Shown here: piece by piece, positions 37,739 through 47,462 of the stretch | Layout: every line of letters starts with the position of its first letter | Numbering within the stretch: position 1 is the first letter of the stretch | NCBI GenBank assembly: GCA_964364285.1 | Contig: CAYIKZ010000003.1 | Location: 2,491 to 66,490, forward strand | Direction: 5' to 3' | Length of the DNA stretch: 64,000 nt | Source of the DNA: an uncultured Candidatus Saccharibacteria bacterium | GTDB taxonomy: Bacteria > Patescibacteriota > Doudnabacteria > UBA920 > VMFF01 | Made by a program: the position numbers and the translations under genes | Notes under the pieces: model-generated | Database searches by the model: none | Told to the model about the DNA's origin: nothing | The model's input: the letters and a program-made list of their open reading frames with translations, nothing else

Positions 37739-37995
37739 TTGACTAGCTCAGTCCTACCGGGAGGGTGGGCTGATCAACCCGGGCAAAGCTTGCCCAGGTA
37801 TCTCGCATGAACTCTTATGCAAACTGGGTAGGGAGCCAATCAATCCATCCTGCTTACCTACACAGGAGATATCTTAAGAGCGGAGTGTGCCCAGAGAAAT
37901 TGCGAGGAGTGAAAAGGATGGGGATGAGGCCAGAAGGCCTCTCGAAGGTTGTGCACGCCTATTTTGGCCTCTGCACAACCCTCTTCCCAATTGCT
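37739..37995 (+). ncRNA. GC-rich (~55%) highly structured element: candidate ncRNA or long structured 5' leader of the downstream methyltransferase gene (class unknown)
   Basis: Sharp GC jump in an AT-rich genome. Local hairpins include ccggg..cccgg, gcaa-agc-ttgc, gaggcc-AGAA-ggcctc and ttgtgca..tgcacaa. Long-range complementarities include cctacc/ggtagg and ccatcc/ggatgg. The only ORF in the segment (37807..37998, 63 aa) is likely spurious. Confidence 0.35.
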
Positions 37996-38030
37996 TGAAT
38001 GCTTTGATTACTGTAATATCTTAAGTACAT

Positions 38031-39308
38031 ATGCAATACGCATTCATCTTAGGGAGGGTGTATACATTATCAATTGCTGAACTTTTAGTTGTCCTCGAAG
38101 AGGAACTTGTTGAACATAGTATCCCTTTTAAAATCATAGCCGTTTCTATTGAAGCGCTAATCATTGAAACTGAAAAACAAATAGATCATGAAAAACTCCA
38201 ACGTCGCTTAGGTGGAGTTATTAAAATTGTAAAAATAGTTGACTCTGTAAAAAAGCGCCCTCAAGATTCCATAAACTTCGCGCTCCAAAATTACTTTAAA
38301 CCAAGCAAGTTAAAAAAAGACTTCCTTAAAGAATACTCCGGAAAAAAGCAATTCGGAGTAAGCGTGTACTTGCTTGATCCAACAATCAAGGGTTTTGGGG
38401 AACCAAAACGCCTTGGTATGTTCATCAAGAAAGGATTACAAGAGGAAGGCGCTTCAATTAGAGTTTGCTTACCCGACTACAATTCCCTTTCTCTTGCCTC
38501 TGTTGTTGTTACAAAAAATCTTTTACTTCAAAAAGGAGCTGAGATTGTTGTAATAGCTGGAATTGATAGGGTCTATGTTGGTAAAACTTTAATTGTCCAA
38601 GACTTTGAAGACTATGGTAGACGCGACTATCAACGACCAATACGAGATGACAAACAAGGCATGATTCCTCCAAAGGTTGCTCAAATTATGATTAACTTTG
38701 CGCGTTTACCAAAGAATGCAATTGTTTTAGATCCTTTTTGTGGTATTGGAACAATCATTCAAGAAGCAATTCTCCTTGGTTACAAAGGATATGGATCTGA
38801 TATTGCTAAGTTTGCAATATCTGGGAGTGAGAAAAACCTTGAATGGTTTAGAAACAGATATAAAATTCCTCCTGGTAAATACAAACTTGAGGTCGCAGAT
38901 GTTGCTGATGTGGCTACTACTTTCAAAGGAGAAAAGATAGCAGGAGTTGTAACAGAGGGATATTTAGGACCAATGTATGGCTCCTTCCCTAAAGATACAG
39001 ATATTCAAAAGAACTTTGAGGATCTTAAAAAACTATGGATATCTGCTTTCAAAGCTTTTAAAAACCTCATTCCTAAAGGGACTAGGGTTGTCATCTGTCT
39101 TCCTTGCTACAGAAAAGACGCTGATTCATATATCCCCTTTCCAAGCGTTGACTTCATCACTGATTTAGGCTACAATATTGAAGATCTATTTCCTCCTACT
39201 GCTAAAAAGTTGATGCCGTTTCTGAAGATTACAGAACGAAACTCAATGATCTATGATCGTAAAGATCAGGTTGTGGCAAGAGAAATTATCACGTTCATTA
39301 ATAATTAA
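38031..39308 (+). CDS. Class I SAM-dependent RNA methyltransferase (Trm11/RlmL/UPF0020-like, possibly N-terminal THUMP-like domain)
   Basis: Motif I LDPFCGIGTIIQEAILLGYKGYGSDI (DPFCGSGT-type) is typical of THUMP-associated m2G RNA methyltransferases. Confidence 0.55.
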   Translation: MQYAFILGRVYTLSIAELLVVLEEELVEHSIPFKIIAVSIEALIIETEKQIDHEKLQRRLGGVIKIVKIVDSVKKRPQDSINFALQNYFKPSKLKKDFLKEYSGKKQFGVSVYLLDPTIKGFGEPKRLGMFIKKGLQEEGASIRVCLPDYNSLSLASVVVTKNLLLQKGAEIVVIAGIDRVYVGKTLIVQDFEDYGRRDYQRPIRDDKQGMIPPKVAQIMINFARLPKNAIVLDPFCGIGTIIQEAILLGYKGYGSDIAKFAISGSEKNLEWFRNRYKIPPGKYKLEVADVADVATTFKGEKIAGVVTEGYLGPMYGSFPKDTDIQKNFEDLKKLWISAFKAFKNLIPKGTRVVICLPCYRKDADSYIPFPSVDFITDLGYNIEDLFPPTAKKLMPFLKITERNSMIYDRKDQVVAREIITFINN

Positions 39309-39318
39309 CAGCTAACAA

Positions 39319-39603
39319 ATGGCACATAAGAAAGCCGGAGGTAGTACCTCGTTAGGCCGCGATAGCGTTTCCAAACGTCTTGGAGTAAAAATATTCGGTG
39401 CACAGAAAGTCTCTGTCGGCAATGTAATTGTCCGACAACACGGTAGCAAATTCAGAGCAGGAAAAAATGTGCGAATGGGTGGCGATTGCACTTTGTATGC
39501 AACAGCCAACGGATTCGTAAAGTTCTCCAACAAGAAGGTTAAAAGGTTCAATGGAGCGCTAGCGAAGACACGTATCGTAAACGTTGTTCTAAACAAAGCT
39601 TAA
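39319..39603 (+). CDS. rpmA: 50S ribosomal protein L27
   Basis: [24 protein letters not shown]...[14 protein letters not shown] is the canonical L27 sequence. Confidence 0.9.
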   Translation: MAHKKAGGSTSLGRDSVSKRLGVKIFGAQKVSVGNVIVRQHGSKFRAGKNVRMGGDCTLYATANGFVKFSNKKVKRFNGALAKTRIVNVVLNKA

Positions 39604-39625
39604 CAATTACTTCTGAAGATATATT

Positions 39626-39650
39626 AAAACCCCTCAATCGAGGGGTTTTA
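39626..39650. terminator. Bidirectional rho-independent terminator between rpmA and pyrG (aaaacccctc-aatc-gaggggtttt)
   Basis: Perfect 6-bp GC stem with flanking A- and T-runs between convergent genes. Confidence 0.65.
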
Positions 39651-39656
39651 ATTATG

Positions 39657-41330
39657 CTACTTTTTCAGCTTAGCTACTGCTTTCATGAATCCTTCAAACA
39701 AAGGATGCGGTCTTAGTGGTCTTGATTTGAATTCTGGATGGAACTGGCTTCCCATAAAAAACGGGTGTCCTGGGAGTTCAATTATTTCTGCTAATTTCCC
39801 ATCAGGAGATGTTCCTGAGAAAACCAAACCTGCTTTTTCTAACACACCTCTGTACTTGTTGTTAACCTCGTATCTATGTCTGTGTCTTTCAGAAATTCTT
39901 CTTTGCTTGTACAAGGATTCTGCTTGGCTTCCTTTTCTTAAAACACAATCCCAAGCGCCAAGTCTCATAGAAGCACCATAGTCTCTAACAAGAAGTTTCT
40001 TTTCTTGATCAGGCATAATATGAATTACAGGATGTTTTGTCTCATCATCAACCTCTGTTGTATTTGCATTCTTTAGCCTAGCAACGTTCCTTGCGTATTC
40101 AATTGTTGCCATCTGCATTCCATAACACAAACCTAAGTACGGAATTTTGTTTTTTCTAGCATACTCAATAGCTTGAATCATTCCTTCAGTTCCTCTTTTT
40201 CCAAATCCTCCTGGAACAACTATTCCATCAAAACCAGCAAGAATCTTTTTAGCACCTTCGTTTTCTACTTTTAATGCGTCAATCCATATTAATTTTGGAT
40301 TAACTTTGTTTGACCATGCAGCGTGTTTCAAGGATTCAATTACTGAAACATATGAATCAGCGAGCTCAAACTTTCCTGTTCCAAAGTATTTTCCTACAAT
40401 AGCAATGTTTAAATCTCTCTTTACACTCTTAATCTTCTTAACAAAGTTGCGCCATTCTTTCATGTCTCTTTTTCTTGGTCTCATTTTCAACTTCTCAAGG
40501 ATTATATCGCCTGCGTTTTGTTCTTCTAAAATTACAGGGACTTCATAGATTGATTTAACATCAGGGTTTGAAAGCACTGCTTTTTTGTCTACATTACAAA
40601 ACAAAGCGATTCTTTCTTTTCTCTTGTCATCAATAACGGTTTCAGCACGACCAACAATAATGTCAGGTTCAATACCCATTGAATTAAGCATTCTAACTGA
40701 TTGCTGAACTGGTTTAGACTTCATTTCCCCAAGGTATGAAGGAACTGGTAAGTAAGCAACATGGATATGCAAGATATCATCAGGGTGTTTCAATTTCATG
40801 ATACGGGTAGCTTCAAAGAAAATGGCGTTTTGGTATTCACCGACTGTTCCACCTAACTCAATTAAAACAATATCAGCGTTTTTAGAAGCCATCATGAACC
40901 TTCTGATGATTTCATCAGTAACATGCGGGATTGCTTCTACATCTTCGCCTTCATATTCAAAAGCGCGTTCTTTTCTTAAAACCTCACCGTAAATCTGACC
41001 CGTGGTAATGTAGTTTATCTTGTTCAGTGGTTTATCAATGAAACGTTCATAATGACCAAGATCTTGGTCTGTTTCCATACCATCGTCAGTGACAAAGACT
41101 TCACCGTGCTCTTGTGGTCTGATTGTTCCCGCATCTTGGTTTAAATACATATCAACTTTAACCGGAGAAATATTTAAACCTCTTGATTGCAAGATTGCAC
41201 CAATTGATGCAGAGGTAATCCCTTTTCCAATCCCTGAAATGACACCTCCTGAGATGAAGATAAATTTAGGATGTTTCTTTAGCTTCTTGACCTTTGCTCT
41301 AGTTGTTTTGCTTTTTGCTGTCATTTTCAT
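39657..41330 (-). CDS. pyrG: CTP synthase
   Basis: N-terminal FIFISGGVISGIGKGITSASIG and a C-terminal glutamine amidotransferase domain (GLCYGMQ). Confidence 0.9.
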   Translation of the reverse strand: MKMTAKSKTTRAKVKKLKKHPKFIFISGGVISGIGKGITSASIGAILQSRGLNISPVKVDMYLNQDAGTIRPQEHGEVFVTDDGMETDQDLGHYERFIDKPLNKINYITTGQIYGEVLRKERAFEYEGEDVEAIPHVTDEIIRRFMMASKNADIVLIELGGTVGEYQNAIFFEATRIMKLKHPDDILHIHVAYLPVPSYLGEMKSKPVQQSVRMLNSMGIEPDIIVGRAETVIDDKRKERIALFCNVDKKAVLSNPDVKSIYEVPVILEEQNAGDIILEKLKMRPRKRDMKEWRNFVKKIKSVKRDLNIAIVGKYFGTGKFELADSYVSVIESLKHAAWSNKVNPKLIWIDALKVENEGAKKILAGFDGIVVPGGFGKRGTEGMIQAIEYARKNKIPYLGLCYGMQMATIEYARNVARLKNANTTEVDDETKHPVIHIMPDQEKKLLVRDYGASMRLGAWDCVLRKGSQAESLYKQRRISERHRHRYEVNNKYRGVLEKAGLVFSGTSPDGKLAEIIELPGHPFFMGSQFHPEFKSRPLRPHPLFEGFMKAVAKLKK

Positions 41331-41766
41331 TGATTAGCTTAATTTTAGATTTTGCTGTAATGCCATTGGTTAACTTAATTTCAAACTCATACTCTCCTAG
41401 CTCTTTAATCTTTGGTAAAGTGATCTGGTTTTTCTCAAGTTCAACTTTCATCTTCTCCTTTATTCTTCCCAACACATCTTTCTCATGAACTGAACCGAAT
41501 ATGTGTCCTTTGTCTCCAACTTTAACTGCTAGTGTGAAAGTTCTGTTTGCAAAATCATCTTTCAGTTTTTGTGCTTGCTCTGTTTCTTTTCTCTTCTTAG
41601 CATCTGCTTGAGCTTTTTCATTCTGTATCTTGCTTATGATCTGAATTGTCGCAGGGACTGCATACCCTTTAGAGATTAAGAAGTTGCGGGCATAACCGTC
41701 ATTAAACTCTTTGACTTCTCCTTTTTTTCCTGTTCCTGACAGTTCTTTGATGAATACAACTTGCAT
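41299..41766 (-). CDS. rplI: 50S ribosomal protein L9
   Basis: MQVVFIKELSGTGKKGEVKEFNDGYARNFLI matches the L9 N-terminal domain. Confidence 0.85.
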   Translation of the reverse strand: MQVVFIKELSGTGKKGEVKEFNDGYARNFLISKGYAVPATIQIISKIQNEKAQADAKKRKETEQAQKLKDDFANRTFTLAVKVGDKGHIFGSVHEKDVLGRIKEKMKVELEKNQITLPKIKELGEYEFEIKLTNGITAKSKIKLINENDSKKQNN

Positions 41767-41856
41767 GCGGGGAATGTATAAAAAATAAAAGCCTCTCCGT
41801 GGGAGAGGTTTTGGCTCTTTTCTAGTATAGGGTATCTTTCAAAAAAGCTCAAGCCC

Positions 41857-42768
41857 TTAAATTCTCAAGTACCTTCGTATAGCTATGGTGCTTGATATGA
41901 TGCCCAAAATCAGAGCTGTAACAAGCTGAATTGCGAATATGACCCAAAGGTTAAAGCCCCAGGTATCATTTGTTAGGTTCGTACCAAGATATGTGTCTAG
42001 GCGTGGCAAAAGATAGTTAAATATTGGTATTGTTAAGAGAATGGTGATTATACTTGCAGCCAAAGCATACATGATGCTTTCAATTATGAAAGGCCAACGA
42101 ATATACCAATTAGTAGCACCAACCAGTTTCATAATCTCAACTTCTTCCCTTCTGTTAAAGATTGTTAAACGAATGGTATTGAATATAACTAGGATGGCGA
42201 TAAAGCAGAAAACAGCTGCCATACTTATACCAAAACGTTTAACTGCAGAAAGAATTCTTGAGAGACGTTCAATTACGCTTCTATTGTCCTGAAAATTAAC
42301 TTTGTCTATGAAAGCAGAATACTCAACTTTGGAAAGCTCTTCGGCAATCTTTGGATAGTCATTTAAGTTCTTTGCTTTAACTTGCAGTGTTGGTGGCAAA
42401 GGATTGTCTGTTAACTGTCCCAATGAATCTTGGATCAATTGATTGTCTGAGTGTTTTTCTTTGAACGAAGCAAGGGCGTCAGCTGCAGAAACATATTTAA
42501 CAGCAGCAATTTCAGGAAGCTTTTGTAGCTCTCCCTGTATATCTAATATCTGTTGTTCTGAAACCTGTGTTTTAAAGTAAACGCTGATATCAACTCTTTC
42601 TTGAATGTTTTGAATGGCGACTCTTGTAATATTAAAAGAAACAAGGGTTAAAGTTAGTATCGCAAGAGTCACAATCATTATTAAAGTCGCTGTTGCAGAA
42701 AGCCAGAAGTTTCTGTAAAAGTTAGTCATTCCTGTTCTAATAACTCGGAAGAGTGTGATTGATTCCAT
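41857..42768 (-). CDS. ftsX: Cell division permease FtsX
   Basis: FtsX-like topology: an N-terminal TM, a periplasmic domain and three C-terminal TM helices. It lies downstream of ftsE. Confidence 0.8.
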   Translation of the reverse strand: MESITLFRVIRTGMTNFYRNFWLSATATLIMIVTLAILTLTLVSFNITRVAIQNIQERVDISVYFKTQVSEQQILDIQGELQKLPEIAAVKYVSAADALASFKEKHSDNQLIQDSLGQLTDNPLPPTLQVKAKNLNDYPKIAEELSKVEYSAFIDKVNFQDNRSVIERLSRILSAVKRFGISMAAVFCFIAILVIFNTIRLTIFNRREEVEIMKLVGATNWYIRWPFIIESIMYALAASIITILLTIPIFNYLLPRLDTYLGTNLTNDTWGFNLWVIFAIQLVTALILGIISSTIAIRRYLRI

Positions 42769-42773
42769 ATATT

Positions 42774-43469
42774 TTAAAGTTTGTAATGTCCCTTTGCTTG
42801 TTCCATGGAGATTCTTCCTTTATCCATGGTAATGACACGCTTTTGAATTTTGTTAACAAGATCTCTGGCGTGGGTTGCTAGTAAAACAGTTGTTCCGAGT
42901 TGATTTATCTTTTGTAAGAGGTCTAATATTTCGAAGCTATTTACTTCATCTAAGTTTCCAGTTGGCTCATCAGCAATCAAAAGAACTGGTTTATGTGCTA
43001 AAGCGCGAGCAATTGCAACCCTTTGTTTTTCTCCACCAGACATTTCATCAGGAAAATTATGTGTTTTCTCTTTAAGACCCACAATATCTAAGATCCTTGC
43101 TACATCATGTGCAATTTTTTCTCTAGGGTATCCAGCAACTTCCATAGCAAAAGCAACGTTTTCAAATGCAGTTTTTTTAGGTAGTAATTTCATATCCTGA
43201 AAAACAATACCAATCTTTCTTCTGAGATACGGTATATCCTCTTCTTCTAGAGAAGCAATATCAATATCATCAATGTAAAGTTTTCCTTCATCAACTTTTT
43301 CTTCGCCAAAAATAAGCTTCAGGAGGGTTGATTTACCTGCTCCTGATACTCCGACTATTGAGACAAACTCTCCGTTCTTTATCTCTAAGTCAATGTTTTC
43401 TACTGCTTTTTTGTCTTTGTAAGTTTTTGTTACCTTTTCGAAACGAATCATATTTAAATTATACCACAA
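42774..43469 (-). CDS. ftsE: Cell division ATP-binding protein FtsE
   Basis: ABC ATPase with Walker A GVSGAGKST, signature MSGGEKQRVAIARA and Walker B LLIADEPTGNLD. Confidence 0.85.
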   Translation of the reverse strand: MWYNLNMIRFEKVTKTYKDKKAVENIDLEIKNGEFVSIVGVSGAGKSTLLKLIFGEEKVDEGKLYIDDIDIASLEEEDIPYLRRKIGIVFQDMKLLPKKTAFENVAFAMEVAGYPREKIAHDVARILDIVGLKEKTHNFPDEMSGGEKQRVAIARALAHKPVLLIADEPTGNLDEVNSFEILDLLQKINQLGTTVLLATHARDLVNKIQKRVITMDKGRISMEQAKGHYKL

Positions 43470-43476
43470 TATTTAA

Positions 43477-44575
43477 TTAGACAGTAGTTTCTAAATATTT
43501 TTCAATGAAATCATCTAAATCCCCGTTTAAAACAGCGCTTGGATCTGTTGATTCATACCCAGTCCTGTGATCTTTAACTAGTTTGTAAGGATGCAAGACA
43601 TAGCTTCTGATTTGATTACCCCATTCAGCGCTTTTAAACTCACCACGCATTTCTTTCTTTTGTTTCATTCTACGTTCTTCCTCTAAAATATTTAATCTGG
43701 ATTGTAATATCTCCATGGCTTTTCCTCTGTTTTGAGATTGAGAACGTTCATTTTGAATTGATACTTTAACTCCTGTAGGGATGTGAGTAATTCTAACAGC
43801 AGAGTATGTTGTATTAACACTTTGACCACCATGTCCTGATGCAGTGGTTGTTTCAATCTTCAAATCTTTTGGATCTATAGTTATACCCTCTTGGTGCTCT
43901 AACAAAGGTAAGACTTCCACTAAAGCAAAGGATGTTTCTCTGGTGTGTGCTGGATTAAACTCTGAAAGTCTAACAACTCGATGAACTCCAGCTTCGCATC
44001 TTAAGAAACCATAAGCGTTGTGTCCTGATATTTCCAAAAGCACGCTTTTAATCCCTGCTTCTGATCCTTTTGATAGCTCAAGTGTTTCAACTTTAAAACC
44101 ATGCTTTTCACAAAAACGCATGAACATTCTTAACAACATTTCAGCCCAGTCTTGCGCATCAGACCCACCAGCCCCAGCATGAATGGCTAGTATAGCTCCA
44201 TGATCATCATATTTCTTTGAAAAGAAAGCCTGAATCCTTGCTTTTAAAAACTTTTCTCTTGCTTGCTCTAGTTGTTTTTCTATATCCCCTTTATCAGTAG
44301 ATTCAACTGTTCCGCTTTTGAAAAGTTCAGATGAAATTACAAAAAGATCTTCAACGTCTTTTTGAAGCTTGTTCCAGAAATCAAACTCTGTTTTCAATGC
44401 ATTGTATTGTTCTGATTTGGTTTTTGCTGTTTGTTGATCAGCCCAAAAACCACCAGCTTGCATTTCTTCTTCTAACTTTTGGATTTTTTGTTTCTTTGTA
44501 TCAAGGTCAAAGACGCTCCTTCAGGCTCTGTATTTCAGAAAGTAAACCTTGAATATTTTTTAATAGTTCGTGCAT
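43477..44575 (-). CDS. prfB: Peptide chain release factor 2, requiring a +1 programmed ribosomal frameshift: complement(join(43477..44508,44510..44575))
   Basis: Frame-0 reads MHELLKNIQGLLSEIQSLKERL then TGA within the AAGGAG-CGU-CUU-UGA-C context. The +1 frame continues DLDTKKQKIQKLEEEMQAGGFWADQQ... through the GGQ motif (SGHGGQSVNTT). The total is 365 aa. Confidence 0.9.
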
Positions 44576-44986
44576 TTATAAATTGTTTAATACTTCTTTA
44601 ACGTAATGATCTAATCCAGCAAGAGCTTTTATCTCTTCCAAGGAAAGCCATTTAAACGAATCATGCTCTGTGTCCAGTACTGGTTCACCTTCAATACTAG
44701 CAATATATGTAAGCCTGACAACATGCTTATCATTCTTCAAAATATCTTGTGCTGCAATTAATTTTGGTGTATCTATTAAAACTAGCTTTGTTTCTTCAAG
44801 GATCTCTCGCTTTAAGTTATCAAGCAAAGAAGTCCCAGGATCAATTCTTCCACCAACAATATCCCACGGATTATTAACTTCAGGATATGCTTCCATATTT
44901 CTGTGCAGCATTAAATACTTCCCTTCTTTATTCTGAAGCAGTGCTTTGACTCCGACTTGTAACGGTTTTGTGTTTGTTTCTTCCAT
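44576..44986 (-). CDS. NUDIX hydrolase
   Basis: Nudix box GGRIDPGTSLLDNLKREILEETKL. Confidence 0.7.
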   Translation of the reverse strand: MEETNTKPLQVGVKALLQNKEGKYLMLHRNMEAYPEVNNPWDIVGGRIDPGTSLLDNLKREILEETKLVLIDTPKLIAAQDILKNDKHVVRLTYIASIEGEPVLDTEHDSFKWLSLEEIKALAGLDHYVKEVLNNL

Positions 44987-45579
44987 TATTTCCCTGCGTC
45001 AGGAATCCTGTTCCATTTATTTGTTTCCATGTGCCAAGAATCTACATCAACTTCATTTAAAGAATCCCAAAGTTTTTTAGCAGACTCAGTGTAAAGCTTT
45101 TCGTTTCTAACCAAAGCTCTATTCTCCATCCATTTGGAAGGAAGCTTAGAACCCTTTTGTTCTAGTTCCCGCATTTCTAAATCAACATCCAAGTTATCAG
45201 CGTCTTTAACTATCTTTGCTTCAATGCATTGTCTTTCTTCATATTCTTTTAGTGTGTCTGTGTTTAAATCTTCAAAGCTTGTTCCAGCAAACAAATCATT
45301 GGCAGCTGAATGTTCATCTGCTTGAACATATACTTTCTGAACATAGCTGTGATCTGAAACTCTTGTTTCTGCCATGTCATGCACTAAAGCCATCTTGATA
45401 ATCTTCTCTTCATTCTTAACACCTTCCATGCGTGCTATTAACATAGCAAGCCAAACAACGCGAACTGTGTGCTCCAAATCATTAGCAACGTCCATTCCGA
45501 AGTGTTGTCTCCAACCTCTTTGGATGTTTCTTAATGAACCAAGCTCGTACAAAAATTCTATGTCTCTTTTTTTCGGCAT
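44986..45579 (-). CDS. HD-domain phosphohydrolase (YfbR-like 5'-deoxynucleotidase family)
   Basis: H...HD...D metal-binding pattern (LEHTVRV ... ALVHDMAETRVSD). Confidence 0.7.
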   Translation of the reverse strand: MPKKRDIEFLYELGSLRNIQRGWRQHFGMDVANDLEHTVRVVWLAMLIARMEGVKNEEKIIKMALVHDMAETRVSDHSYVQKVYVQADEHSAANDLFAGTSFEDLNTDTLKEYEERQCIEAKIVKDADNLDVDLEMRELEQKGSKLPSKWMENRALVRNEKLYTESAKKLWDSLNEVDVDSWHMETNKWNRIPDAGK

Positions 45580-45580
45580 G

Positions 45581-46297
45581 TTATTTCTTGTTTAAAACTA
45601 ATCTTCTAACTAAGTTCCAAATCTTGTTATGTATCTGCTCTTCAGGAAGAATCTTACCATCTTCAACACATTCAACATATTTTGTGTTTGGAAACAGTTC
45701 CGCTATTTGTAAAAAAACCATTTCTGCTTTTTGAAGATGCTCTAGATCATTTTCTAGATGATCTCTTTTTTTACCTTTAACATATTCTCTCTGTTTCTCG
45801 CTTTTCTTATCAACCATTTTCTGAGCAATCCTTGCTGGAACATGCAAGATTAAGTTTAAGTCAGGCTTTGGTAATTGAAACAAAGTGTATTCTAAGTTAT
45901 CCAACCATTTAAAAAACCTTATTCTTTCAGCGTTGCTTTCTATCCTACTTCCTTGATGCCCGGCATTAGCTGTAACATATCTGTTGGATATGACTATTTT
46001 ACCATCATCAAGTTGTTCTCTGATCCAAAAACTAGCATCATATCGATCTACAGCAAAAAGTAATGAAGTAATGTATGGGTTTGATTTACCATATTTTTCA
46101 TTCAAATACTCTTCTAAAGGTCCGGCTGATTTTTTACCATACTGAGGAAAATCTGCAATAGCAACATCAAAGCCTTCTTTTTTAAGTGTTTCAGCAAGAA
46201 GCTTTGTCTGGGTTGCTTTACCAGAGCCATCAATTCCATCAATGACTATGAACTTACCCTTTTCTTTTTTAACTTTAGATTTAAGCCCGAATTTCAT
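45581..46297 (-). CDS. tmk: Thymidylate kinase
   Basis: P-loop FIVIDGIDGSGKATQ and the DRY motif (AVDRYDAS). Confidence 0.8.
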   Translation of the reverse strand: MKFGLKSKVKKEKGKFIVIDGIDGSGKATQTKLLAETLKKEGFDVAIADFPQYGKKSAGPLEEYLNEKYGKSNPYITSLLFAVDRYDASFWIREQLDDGKIVISNRYVTANAGHQGSRIESNAERIRFFKWLDNLEYTLFQLPKPDLNLILHVPARIAQKMVDKKSEKQREYVKGKKRDHLENDLEHLQKAEMVFLQIAELFPNTKYVECVEDGKILPEEQIHNKIWNLVRRLVLNKK

Positions 46298-46835
46298 GTT
46301 GTTCTAATATCTTATCAATCTGCCTAAACAACTGTTCCTTAGAACCATTGTTCAGCAGTTTATATTCGCATTTTTTGCCTAATTCTGCAATATGCACCTC
46401 TGTTTCCTTAGTCATTTCAATTTCAACAAATTCGTCAAAGCTCATCGTGCTATCACCTGAATACTGATTATCCTCTAACTGCCATTTGTATCTTTTCTCA
46501 ATTGGAGCATCAATGTATATGAGGATACTACCTGGATATTTTCTGATGTTCTCAAACTCATTTTTAAAACGAATTCCTGTGATCACCTCTAGCTCTGAGT
46601 TATCTTCCTTAATCTTTTTGTTAATAGCATTAATCAAAATATCCTCGCCAAAAACCTTTCTTAATCCTACCATCTTGATTACATTGTCTCGGGTATTTTC
46701 AACACCCAACAAATTTAGAAACTGAACAAAAATTTCAGAATGAGCATGACGCTTTGCCCCATATTTCTTTTCAATATATTCAGCAGTAGTATCTTTGCCT
46801 GATCTTTTAGGACCAACTAGGCCTATAATTTTCAT
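46281..46835 (-). CDS. Small P-loop nucleotide/nucleoside kinase (dNMP-kinase-like)
   Basis: Walker A IIGLVGPKRSGKDT at the N-terminus in a 184-aa protein. Tandem with a paralog. Confidence 0.5.
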   Translation of the reverse strand: MKIIGLVGPKRSGKDTTAEYIEKKYGAKRHAHSEIFVQFLNLLGVENTRDNVIKMVGLRKVFGEDILINAINKKIKEDNSELEVITGIRFKNEFENIRKYPGSILIYIDAPIEKRYKWQLEDNQYSGDSTMSFDEFVEIEMTKETEVHIAELGKKCEYKLLNNGSKEQLFRQIDKILEQHEIRA

Positions 46836-47383
46836 ATTTTTTCTAAAACCTCAGTTAATTGTTTTTTAAAGGTCTCTATATTGCCTGTATTTTCAATTTT
46901 AAAATCAGAAAGGTTCATTAACAGTTCCAATTTATTTTCTGCTGGGTGGTTTTCCGCTTGTTTAAATGATTCTAAGGAAATAGACTCTTCGCCCTTTTTT
47001 TCTGTTCTTTGCAAAACCCTTTGGTATCTCAATTCTTCTGGAGCTGAAATGTATATTAATTTAAAGTTAGGAAGTTTTTTAAAAGCTTCTAGCTCTTCAA
47101 CAGCTCGTATACCACCAAAAACTAATATGCCAGCGCTTGATTTTTCAGAAGCTTTAATCAACGCATTAGCTAAAACATCTCTCCCGTATTCTTTCCTTAA
47201 AAACTCTGCCAGATTTTGATAGTTGTTTCTAATTAATGGAAGATTAAGTAAGTGAAGAAGCTTCCCTAAAAGCACAGAAAATTCAAAAAACTCTGCTTTA
47301 AAGCTTTCCACCAAGAACTGAGCTGATGTTGATTTACCAGCCAGGATTTGACCTGATATTCCAATGTATTTCTTGTCAGCCAT
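46832..47383 (-). CDS. Small P-loop nucleotide/nucleoside kinase (paralog of 46281..46835)
   Basis: Walker A IGISGQILAGKST. 183 aa. ATGA-type overlap with the downstream paralog. Confidence 0.5.
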   Translation of the reverse strand: MADKKYIGISGQILAGKSTSAQFLVESFKAEFFEFSVLLGKLLHLLNLPLIRNNYQNLAEFLRKEYGRDVLANALIKASEKSSAGILVFGGIRAVEELEAFKKLPNFKLIYISAPEELRYQRVLQRTEKKGEESISLESFKQAENHPAENKLELLMNLSDFKIENTGNIETFKKQLTEVLEKI

Positions 47384-47462
47384 ATTACCAAAAGTATATC
47401 AAAATATCGATATTAAGGCATATGATATAATTAAGGAAATTAGGGGTTTTGAAAGGACCAAA

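Noticed and set aside
37741-37760. 12-mer tagctcagtcct preceded by ttgac, resembling synthetic Anderson-family promoters (J23119-like)
   Set aside because: Short match only. The downstream -10 of those promoters is absent, the native promoter just upstream already explains transcription, and tagctcagt is also a common tRNA D-arm-like word. I treat it as coincidence inside the structured element.
37861-37915. SAM-I riboswitch call for CUUAAGAGCGGAG...GCCC...AGAGAAAUUGC upstream of a SAM-dependent methyltransferase
   Set aside because: Resemblance is partial. Key SAM-I features (kink-turn, pseudoknot partners, GGCAACC) are not evident, and SAM riboswitches normally control SAM synthesis or transport rather than methyltransferases. 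Kept only as a hypothesis within the structured-element finding.
37807-37998. 63-aa ORF inside the GC-rich structured element
   Set aside because: No RBS, low-complexity Arg/Gly-rich sequence typical of random ORFs in GC-rich DNA, and it lies entirely inside the hairpin-rich region. More likely non-coding.
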